A program made the position numbers and the translations under genes. Below are positions 7,974-15,265 of a DNA stretch of 27,217 bases, piece by piece. Each line of letters begins with the position of its first letter. Position 1 is the stretch's first letter. The notes beneath the pieces were generated by a model. It searched no databases and was not told the origin of the DNA. It worked only from the letters and a program-made list of their open reading frames with translations. The stretch is from the NCBI GenBank assembly GCA_964014485.1, contig CAXHAT010000103.1, positions 1 through 27,217 on the forward strand. Direction: 5' to 3'. The stretch is from an uncultured Deferribacteres bacterium (GTDB lineage: Bacteria; Zhuqueibacterota; Zhuqueibacteria; Zhuqueibacterales; Geothermadaptataceae).

Positions 7974-10313
7974 TTAAAACTTGAACCCAATTCCCAGCGT
8001 CGGCAAAATCGGAAACATCTTCGTCGTCTTGACATGCTGGACAACTTGATTATCCTGCACTGAACGCGTGTAGTCGATAAACCAAACGTTTTTGCGATTT
8101 CCGGCGTTGAAAATTTGCAAATACGGCGACATTGACCAGCCGCTGTAGCGCTTTTGATAAGTAATGCTGACGTCTAACCGCGCATAAGCGGGCAATCTGT
8201 AGGAATTGATTTCCGTCGGATGCAGCTTCAAATCGATAAAATCTTGATCTGGGAGCGAGTTAACGAAATATGCTGAACCGGGCAGAGTGATGGGTTGACC
8301 GGTAGAATAAACAAAGTTGGCTCCGATCTGCCAGTTGCCTTTGTGGCGGCGCGAGGGCAGCCCTTTCAAGGCGCGTAAACCATTTTTAACGTCAAGGTTT
8401 GCGACGAAATTGACGGTTTGCGTTCGATCATGCCGAGGCGCGAATTCGCCGCCGTCATTAACCTCGGCAAATGTGAAGCGCGTCCGGGAGTAGCTGTAAC
8501 CCAACCAGCCCGTCAAAGCGCCGACGTCTTTTCTGAATAAAAGTTCAAAGCCGGTTGAAGAGCCGTCGCCCTGGTCAAACAAGCTCTCGGTTTCCGTATA
8601 GACGGGATCGTCGCCAACAAATTCATTGGCCGTAAGTTCGGTCAGGAAGGTTTGGTCGAAACGATAAATGCTCTCATAATTTTTGCGAAAACCTTCGATT
8701 TCCAATTGATAGTCCTCGGCAACTTCCATCTGAAAACCGGCAATGAAATGCTCGGAAGACGATGGATCCTGAAATTGATTTGCACTCGTCCAAATATCCG
8801 CGACGAAAGCGCGAGGAATTTTGTGCAAGTACTGGTAGTATTGCCCCGCCGCCGCCTTTAAGCTCATCTTGTCGGTCAAGCGATACTTCATTGAAAAACG
8901 CGGCGCAACATTGTTAAATGTACGTTCGGACGAAAAGCGCGTGAATCGCACTCCGCCGGTAAAATCCCACCGAACCGTTGGGCTGAGGCTGAACTGCCCG
9001 TAGCCGACGAACTGTCGTCCTGATTTATCGACGTCTACCAGGCCGCCGGGAAATGTTTGTTTGTAGACCACGTCCAGGTTCTTTTGCTCGAAGCCGAATT
9101 TCGCCGAAAAAGCGCGAGAATACTGAAAGTCAAGATTACCTTTAAAAGTTATGTCGGTGATGTCGTTGCGCTCATCAATCGGGATGTCTTCGCCGAACTT
9201 AAAATCCGAAGAGAAGCGACTGCCGGTCACCCAGAAATTCCCAAACAGCAACGGCGTGAAAACATGCGTCCAACGAACGCTGGCGGTTTTGTTGCCCCAG
9301 TCATATTTAAAGCCGGTCGCTTCTTCCGAATTAGGATTAAAAACAAGGTCGAGAAAATCTCGTCCGCCGTAAGCGCTCACCGTTAAATTGTTGTTTCCAT
9401 TCAGGTCAAAAAAAGCTTTGACGTTACCGTCATAGAAATAGTAGTTGGGAATGTCATCGATGGCCTTGGCAAGCGTTTGATCCAGATAAGTGCGGCGAAT
9501 CGATCCGGAAATTGCTCCTTTTTCACCAAGCGGCATCTGCAGCGTCGTCTTGGCGGAGAGCAGGCTTACCTGGCTGTGTCCTTGAAAAGTCTCCCGATTG
9601 CCGTCAAGGTTGGTCACGTCAAGAACTGACGACAGTCGCCCGCCGTACTCAGCGCCGAACCCGCCCTTTGAAAGCTCGACATGCTTGATGGCGTCGGTGT
9701 TGAAAGTCGAAAAAATACCAAAGGCGTGCTCTGGATTGTAAACGTCCGTGCCGTCAAGTAAATAAAGATTCTGGTCGGGGGTGCCGCCGCGAACATAGAG
9801 CGCGGAGGAAAAATCTGAAATCGGCAGAATTCCCGGCAAGGTTTGCAAGGATCGCAACAAATCCGCTTCAGCCACTTGCGGGATTTGATTGATTTGCCTG
9901 CGATTGAGCTGAACCTTAGAAATTGGCTTGCGGTAGAGCTGCTCGCTAACGCTTAGAGATTCCGCCACCACGACGACTTCTTCCATCTCAACGGCTGCCG
10001 GCTTGAGCTTAAGATCGAACACCTTTTTTTCGCCAGCCTGGATTACGACGTCTTGCGTCAGAGATTTGTAGCCGATGTAGTTGACGACAAGCACGTATTT
10101 GCCTGGCGGGATGCGAGGGATGACGTAATAACCGCTCAAATTCGTGCTCGCCCCGCGCTTGATCTCACGAAAAAATACGTTCGCGCCGATCAAACCTTCC
10201 CCGCTGGCTTCGTCGTAGACAAATCCGCTAAGAGAGCCGGTTTTTGAAGCTTGTCCGGCAGCGAATCCGGCCGCTGTAAAAATGTATAGTAAGATGAGTA
10301 TTCTCTTGATCAT
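7974..10313 (-). CDS. TonB-dependent receptor with N-terminal carboxypeptidase-regulatory-like domain
   Basis: N-domain (GSLSGFVYDEASGEGLIGANV), TonB-box-like EEVVVVA, plug motifs (LQTLPGI, YVRGGTPDQNLYLLDG, YGGRLSSVLDV), barrel strands and a C-terminal Phe (GIGFKF). Confidence 0.95.
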   Translation of the reverse strand: MIKRILILLYIFTAAGFAAGQASKTGSLSGFVYDEASGEGLIGANVFFREIKRGASTNLSGYYVIPRIPPGKYVLVVNYIGYKSLTQDVVIQAGEKKVFDLKLKPAAVEMEEVVVVAESLSVSEQLYRKPISKVQLNRRQINQIPQVAEADLLRSLQTLPGILPISDFSSALYVRGGTPDQNLYLLDGTDVYNPEHAFGIFSTFNTDAIKHVELSKGGFGAEYGGRLSSVLDVTNLDGNRETFQGHSQVSLLSAKTTLQMPLGEKGAISGSIRRTYLDQTLAKAIDDIPNYYFYDGNVKAFFDLNGNNNLTVSAYGGRDFLDLVFNPNSEEATGFKYDWGNKTASVRWTHVFTPLLFGNFWVTGSRFSSDFKFGEDIPIDERNDITDITFKGNLDFQYSRAFSAKFGFEQKNLDVVYKQTFPGGLVDVDKSGRQFVGYGQFSLSPTVRWDFTGGVRFTRFSSERTFNNVAPRFSMKYRLTDKMSLKAAAGQYYQYLHKIPRAFVADIWTSANQFQDPSSSEHFIAGFQMEVAEDYQLEIEGFRKNYESIYRFDQTFLTELTANEFVGDDPVYTETESLFDQGDGSSTGFELLFRKDVGALTGWLGYSYSRTRFTFAEVNDGGEFAPRHDRTQTVNFVANLDVKNGLRALKGLPSRRHKGNWQIGANFVYSTGQPITLPGSAYFVNSLPDQDFIDLKLHPTEINSYRLPAYARLDVSITYQKRYSGWSMSPYLQIFNAGNRKNVWFIDYTRSVQDNQVVQHVKTTKMFPILPTLGIGFKF

Positions 10314-10382
10314 GATATCTTCCTGTTTATCGTAGTCCGAGTCGCTCTACCTGGTTTTCACGCCTGACAGAGCTATTGTTAA

Positions 10383-12029
10383 TCATTTGACGTCAATCAC
10401 GCGCACCCAGCCGGCTTCAACGCCGTCGCGCAGCAGGCCTTCTTCAAGATATTGTAAGGCCCCGTTTTGCCAAGCCTGGTCAAATCCGTTGCGTAGAAAC
10501 GTTGTTTCAACCGGAATCCACACCGTCCTTTGGCCTTTGCGGTTTTCTCGAATGACGTATTTTTTTTCGTTTGAAGAAATCAGGTCGCCCTGCTCCGGGG
10601 GCAGATTTGTGTCAAACATCAGGTAAAGATGCGCAATTGACTTTTCGGGGTTCTCAACGTCCACAAAGGCGGTGCGAATGCCGGCGCTTTCGAGAAGCGA
10701 ACTGTAGAGTACGACCAAATCGTCGCAATCGCCGGTCGCCAAATCGAGCGTTTCCAGCGCAAACTGCACGCGATCATCCTGGTAGTACGGAATGTTCGGG
10801 TCGCTGTGGTAGCGGATGCCTTCCTGTTGAATTTCTTCAAACAGCCTTCTCGCAATTTCGAATTTTCGCAATCGGGGGTCAAAATCTTCCGGCAATCGTC
10901 GCGCAACTCTACGGCTCCGATCAAGAATTTCATCTTCATCCGGCGTTACAAACAAGCCGAGCTTCTCGATTTCCCCGTCCCAGGCGTTTCGATTGTGTAC
11001 GATAATCTGCGCGCTCAAAGATTTTCTGTGCTTGCCCCCGACCCTTGCTTCAACATGAATATCAAGCGCCGCCGGTTCGCGCCGATCAGAACGCAGAAAT
11101 CGCCGTCCAAGAATTACGGTAACGGGAATATCTTTGGTCTCGCCTTTGCGCAATTTTACGAATCCCGACTCCATGTACCGGTCTGAGTAGCGTTGAATAC
11201 CGGCACGCACATTGATCTCAATAGCATGTCCGGAAACGTTCTGTACCGCAACCAAAGCGACCGGGTAAGTGCGGTAAAAAGTGTAGTAAGCCGGGTAAAG
11301 CTCGGGGGTGAGCACAGTCGTTCCCTTGACTCGAAAGATTTCCTTTTTATTTCCCCAATGAACGCTGAATCCCAATCCGAACTGAAACCCGCTATAGTCG
11401 TCAACCTCGACTCCTTCAACGCCTTCCGCCTGAAAGTTGATAAAATGGCGCTTGAAATCGAAATCCAACGATAGCCAGCTTGACAAATACATGCTGACGC
11501 CGCCGCCAAAGTAGTAGCCAAGGTTGTAGCGTGATTGGATTTGAAAATCTTCCGTGCCCATCAAAGTATCACTTACCACAGCGCCGCGCGCCAACCAGTA
11601 TGGTCCGCCGCCGCCGCTAATGTATGGTCTAAAAGGACTGGGATGAAGCGGTGATAGAATGTTGTAGCGCAAGCCGAAGGATAGCGGGACAATGCCTTCA
11701 AAATCCACATCGGAGTCAGAAACTTGCGTTTCGCGGACGCGCAGATCAACTACGCCGCCAAAGGCGAAATCGAAGTACCATCGGTCTGAAGCTCGACTGG
11801 TAAAATAAATCATGCCGCCGAGCCCCGACAAATTTAGCGATATGTCCGTATTTGAGCCGCTGAGATCAAGGCCAGTCAAGGAATTTCGCAGGTTCCAGAA
11901 GCTGCCGTTCACCCCGAGGCTCTTGGAGCGTGTATATCTTTGCGCATCTGCATCGGAAACGCTCAAGATAATCGCGCCAATAACGAAGAGCGGAAAGATC
12001 AGTTCAGCTCTTCTCTTTCTCACATTCAT
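10383..12029 (-). CDS. Outer-membrane beta-barrel fused to an Ig-like domain and a transglutaminase-like (Cys-His-Glu) domain
   Basis: Signal peptide (ADA|QR), then ~200 aa OmpW/OmpA-like barrel (FRPYISGGGGPY, GYYFGGGV, FQFGLGFSVHWG). C-terminal half has ETL...TGDCDDLVVLYSSLLESAGI, AHLYLMF and WIPVETT. Confidence 0.78.
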   Translation of the reverse strand: MNVRKRRAELIFPLFVIGAIILSVSDADAQRYTRSKSLGVNGSFWNLRNSLTGLDLSGSNTDISLNLSGLGGMIYFTSRASDRWYFDFAFGGVVDLRVRETQVSDSDVDFEGIVPLSFGLRYNILSPLHPSPFRPYISGGGGPYWLARGAVVSDTLMGTEDFQIQSRYNLGYYFGGGVSMYLSSWLSLDFDFKRHFINFQAEGVEGVEVDDYSGFQFGLGFSVHWGNKKEIFRVKGTTVLTPELYPAYYTFYRTYPVALVAVQNVSGHAIEINVRAGIQRYSDRYMESGFVKLRKGETKDIPVTVILGRRFLRSDRREPAALDIHVEARVGGKHRKSLSAQIIVHNRNAWDGEIEKLGLFVTPDEDEILDRSRRVARRLPEDFDPRLRKFEIARRLFEEIQQEGIRYHSDPNIPYYQDDRVQFALETLDLATGDCDDLVVLYSSLLESAGIRTAFVDVENPEKSIAHLYLMFDTNLPPEQGDLISSNEKKYVIRENRKGQRTVWIPVETTFLRNGFDQAWQNGALQYLEEGLLRDGVEAGWVRVIDVK

Positions 12030-12194
12030 CCCTCTTTTTCAACCAGGTTTCCCCCCACTCTAAATTCTTTCGTAAATTGAGTTCGTTCTACGCCGGCTTT
12101 AAGCCCTGCCCACAATGGCAAATAGGTTCCAAAGCTCAATATTCCAACAGGTCAAAGGCGCAGCGCGCCCGTTTGGAACCATTGCAAATCATGA

Positions 12195-12863
12195 CTATCG
12201 TCTGCGGCGGCGAGATTTCTTGAAATCTCCCCACTGTACAACCATGCCCAAACCGTATTCAAATCCGCTGTATTCGTGATTCTTTTTCAAATCAACAAAG
12301 TGATATTTCACGTCAAAGTTAAACCCAAACGAATCGAACAGCATGAAATTCACGCCGCCGCCGCCATAACCTCCGGGATGCAACTTGGAATTCACCGTGA
12401 CTTCTTCACCATCGAATCGATTTTCAACGACGTGAATATCAGCGAGCCAATAGGGGCCGCCGCCGAATGAAAGGTACGGTTGCAGAGCGCCTGCATACCG
12501 CGTATTGAAAATATCGTAGCGCATGCCAAGAACAACAGGAATCACAGCAGACACATCTGTTTCTTCGCCGCGTGATGTAAACTCTTCGTTGGTCACTCTG
12601 CCAACCGCGCCTATCGCGAATTCCATCACGGAACTTTCGCCGGTACGTGAGAAGAAATAGATCCAACCTCCGCCTGTACCAACATCGACGCGCGAATTTC
12701 CAGGCCAATCACGGATCACGGTGATTCGTCCGTCATCCATATCCCAAACCGTACCGCGAACCCCGATTCCTGAGCGTTTTAATCTCTGGCCATGTACAGT
12801 ACTTGACAATACGAAAACGGTTGCAAATAAAATTGCTGCATAGAAAAAGTGTTTGCGTTTCAT
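12195..12863 (-). CDS. Small outer-membrane beta-barrel protein (OmpW/OmpA-barrel-like)
   Basis: Start reassigned to ATG 12863 (MKRKHFF..., GGAGG RBS at 12871-12875, signal peptide). Amphipathic strands, LQPYLSFGGGPY; paralogous to the N-terminal half of the next gene. Confidence 0.82.
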   Translation of the reverse strand: MKRKHFFYAAILFATVFVLSSTVHGQRLKRSGIGVRGTVWDMDDGRITVIRDWPGNSRVDVGTGGGWIYFFSRTGESSVMEFAIGAVGRVTNEEFTSRGEETDVSAVIPVVLGMRYDIFNTRYAGALQPYLSFGGGPYWLADIHVVENRFDGEEVTVNSKLHPGGYGGGGVNFMLFDSFGFNFDVKYHFVDLKKNHEYSGFEYGLGMVVQWGDFKKSRRRRR

Positions 12864-13024
12864 TTGATATCCTCCAGCCTTTGTTCTATCAATGAGTATT
12901 CCGGCGAATACAAAGAAGGGCTCAGTAAACTCAGCTTGCGCAAGCGTCGGGTCGTGCTCGATCTGAGTCAAAATACATCAAGCTGAAAAGTGCGAAAGCA
13001 ATTCAAAACGCCGTCGAAAGTGCG

Positions 13025-13063
13025 AAAAGTACGGGACGCCGACTTGCGCCAACGTCCCGGTAC
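13025..13063 (-). terminator. Intrinsic terminator-like hairpin inside the operon leader
   Basis: Minus strand reads GUAC-CGGGACGUUGGC-GCAA-GUCGGCGUCCCG-UAC-UUUU: a 12-bp stem with three G-U pairs, a GNRA loop and a short U-tract. Confidence 0.6.
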
Positions 13064-13149
13064 CCACCTGGTTTACTGAAAAAGGAACTTGGCTCTGGAA
13101 ATGAGCTGCGCCAACAAGTCGATTCCCTGCCGCGTTCCGCCCTGTATAA

Positions 13150-13166
13150 AGCAAGTGCGGCGCCAA
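13150..13166 (-). promoter_or_regulatory. Sigma-54 (RpoN) -24/-12 promoter
   Basis: Minus strand TTGGCGCCGCACTTGCT gives exact GG-N10-GC spacing, is close to consensus TGGCACG-N4-TTGCW, and points into the six-gene operon. Confidence 0.72.
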
Positions 13167-13193
13167 AAGTTTCGACATTGCCATATCCTTGGT

Positions 13194-13206
13194 TAAGACC
13201 CTGATA
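13194..13206 (-). promoter_or_regulatory. IHF consensus site
   Basis: TATCAG-GGTC-TTA matches WATCAR-N4-TTR and lies between the sigma-54 site and the upstream palindromes. Confidence 0.5.
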
Positions 13207-13223
13207 TTACGCGGGTTGAGATG

Positions 13224-13291
13224 CAAAAATATTTTTGGGAACGAAGCGCCTGTTGCTTCTGGCAAGTGCGGAAGCGCGGAAAATTTCCGCG
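13224..13291. promoter_or_regulatory. Candidate enhancer (bEBP upstream activator) palindromes
   Basis: Perfect palindromes CAAAAATATTTTTG (13224-13237) and CGCGGAAA-A-TTTCCGCG (13275-13291), about 60-125 bp upstream of the -24 element. Confidence 0.4.
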
Positions 13292-13404
13292 GAGCTCACC
13301 GGGATTGTTTTGGTTAGCGCGCGAGGCTCCCCCGATGGCATTCGACTGAAACTGTGAAAACGCTGGAGGGACAATTCCGCATTCGAATATTCCTAATTTA
13401 GTGC

Positions 13405-13433
13405 TTGGAAATTATAGTCTGGATCAGTACTAT
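13405..13433 (+). promoter_or_regulatory. Putative sigma-70 promoter for the S1-malQ-AKR unit
   Basis: TTGGAA-17 nt-TACTAT, about 75 nt upstream of ATG 13508. Confidence 0.4.
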
Positions 13434-13507
13434 TAAAACTGTTTTTTTAACTACCGTACCGTTTGCCGGGCGCTCTGTATTGATCAATTTAGAAGGAACG
13501 TTACAAG

Positions 13508-15250
13508 ATGGAACAAGACGACAAGAAAATCACCCAAGAACCAAAAGAAGAAATAACTAACGCAGCTGAAGTTGCAGCCGAAGAGCAAAGCGACAAGCCA
13601 GATGCTGCAGATAGTAATAAAGAAGTCGCCGATGCAGCAGCCGCTGTTGATGAAAAACCGAGCGACAGTGCGGAGGCCGTTCAAGAACCAGCCGACGCGC
13701 CTGATAGTGAAAACAGCGTTCCCGAGGCAAGCGCGAAAGTCGTAATAGAAGAAGTTGCCGAAAAGGTGCTCACGGAAAAGGACGCCGCTCCTGAGCTGCA
13801 GGAAGAAAAAATCGATCTTGAAAGCGCGATCGCTGCATCCGCAGCGGCTGTTGTCTTGAAAAAAGGCGACAAAGTTGCAGGCACGATCATCAACGTTTCT
13901 GACGATACGGCTCTTGTTGATTGCGGCTCTGATTCCGATGCAATTCTCGACCTGATTGAACTTGAATCACCAGAAGTTGGCGCGAAAGTTACCGGCGTTG
14001 TCACCGCGACTGAGCCTGAATTGAAAATTTCAACAAAGATAACGGCTTCCAATGAATCGCGAGAGCATCTTCTCTCAGCTTTCGAGAACAAGATTCCCGT
14101 TTCCGGAAAAATCTTGAGTCAGAAAAAAGGCGGATTTTCCGTTGACGTTGCCGGAGAACAAGCATTTCTGCCGGTCAGCCAACTCGATCTGACCTACGTC
14201 CAGGAAACTGATCAGTACATCGGGCAAGATTTCGATTTTCACATCATTGAATACAATCCTTCTGAAAACAAATTCGTCGTTTCTCGGTCTTCATTCCTGA
14301 AAAAGAAAAAAGAACAAGCCGCACAAGAAGCATGGGACAAAATTGAGCCCGGCGCCGTTTTCGACGGTGAAGTTAAGTCCATCCAGAGTTTCGGCGCATT
14401 TGTCGATATTGGCGGCGTTGAAGGTCTCGTTCATATTTCTGAAATCAGCCAATCCTTTACTAGCCATCCTTCCGAGTTTGTCAAAATCGGCGACGCCGTT
14501 AAGGTCAAGGTTTTGAAGGCGGATCGCGACGCTAATCGCATCGGCCTTTCAATGAAACAATTGGAACCCGATCCTTGGGAAAATTTTGTTGATGCGCACA
14601 ATGCCGGCGATGAATTCAGCGGACAGGTTGTGCGACGCGCAGATTTTGGCTTGTTTGTCGAACTGCGCCCCGGCGTTGACGGATTGTTGCACCTTTCTCA
14701 ATTGCAGCCAGGCACGGATATGAGCAACGAGATTTACAAAATCGGCAGCACCGTCTCTGGTCGAATTCGAGCAATTGATGTGCAAAACAAGCGTGTGAGT
14801 TTGACGCTGCGCGAATCCGAAGATCAAAGCATTTGGCACAACTTGCCGGAAAAATATGCTGTCGACGCCGTTCTTGAAGGCAAAGTTGAAGAATCGACAA
14901 AGTTCGGCGTTTTCGTTGAATTGGAGCCTGGATTGACTGGCCTGATGCCGCTTTCAGAATTAAAGAAACTCGGCGTTTCAAATCCCGACGAAGAGTATCC
15001 ACCTAAGAGCGAACTAAAAGTTCGCATAACCGCTCTCGATCCTTCCAGAAAACGTATCTCTTTGTTGCCAGACGGCCTTGAAGTTCCTGAAGGCGTTTCC
15101 TTTGAAAGAGAAAGAGCGCCGCGCCAAAAGAGGCGTGCTCAGAACAAACCCAAACGAAACGGCGTCCAGCACAAAACCGGAGACAACAACCAAGGCGGCG
15201 TTTCAAGTTTTGGCATGCTTCTGAAAGAAGCGCTTAAACAGAAAAGCTGA
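13508..15250 (+). CDS. rpsA: Ribosomal protein S1-like multi-S1-domain RNA-binding protein (possibly a paralog)
   Basis: Five S1 repeats (e.g. KGGFSVDV..EQAFLPVSQ, FGAFVDIGGVEGLVHISEIS, FGLFVELRPGVDGLLHLSQL, FGVFVELEPGLTGLMPLSEL). Also an acidic ~100 aa N-terminal extension and an SSFGMLLKEAL tail. Confidence 0.85.
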   Translation: MEQDDKKITQEPKEEITNAAEVAAEEQSDKPDAADSNKEVADAAAAVDEKPSDSAEAVQEPADAPDSENSVPEASAKVVIEEVAEKVLTEKDAAPELQEEKIDLESAIAASAAAVVLKKGDKVAGTIINVSDDTALVDCGSDSDAILDLIELESPEVGAKVTGVVTATEPELKISTKITASNESREHLLSAFENKIPVSGKILSQKKGGFSVDVAGEQAFLPVSQLDLTYVQETDQYIGQDFDFHIIEYNPSENKFVVSRSSFLKKKKEQAAQEAWDKIEPGAVFDGEVKSIQSFGAFVDIGGVEGLVHISEISQSFTSHPSEFVKIGDAVKVKVLKADRDANRIGLSMKQLEPDPWENFVDAHNAGDEFSGQVVRRADFGLFVELRPGVDGLLHLSQLQPGTDMSNEIYKIGSTVSGRIRAIDVQNKRVSLTLRESEDQSIWHNLPEKYAVDAVLEGKVEESTKFGVFVELEPGLTGLMPLSELKKLGVSNPDEEYPPKSELKVRITALDPSRKRISLLPDGLEVPEGVSFERERAPRQKRRAQNKPKRNGVQHKTGDNNQGGVSSFGMLLKEALKQKS

Positions 15251-15265
15251 TTTCGGGGTTCTACC

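Noticed and set aside
12118..12133. Second sigma-54 promoter (TTGGAACCTATTTGC, minus strand)
   Set aside because: GG-to-GC spacing is 9 nt rather than the required 10.
12864..12971. N-terminal extension of the small barrel ORF
   Set aside because: A strong GGAGG RBS and a signal peptide support ATG 12863.
12864..13140. Cobalamin riboswitch upstream of a TBDR operon
   Set aside because: Only a short AGGGAA match; no B12-box or GCCCCCGCxACTGT-like elements are visible.
12978..13265. 95-aa minus-strand ORF upstream of the barrel gene
   Set aside because: It runs across the sigma-54 site and the leader terminator, has no recognisable motif and starts at TTG; better explained as regulatory DNA.
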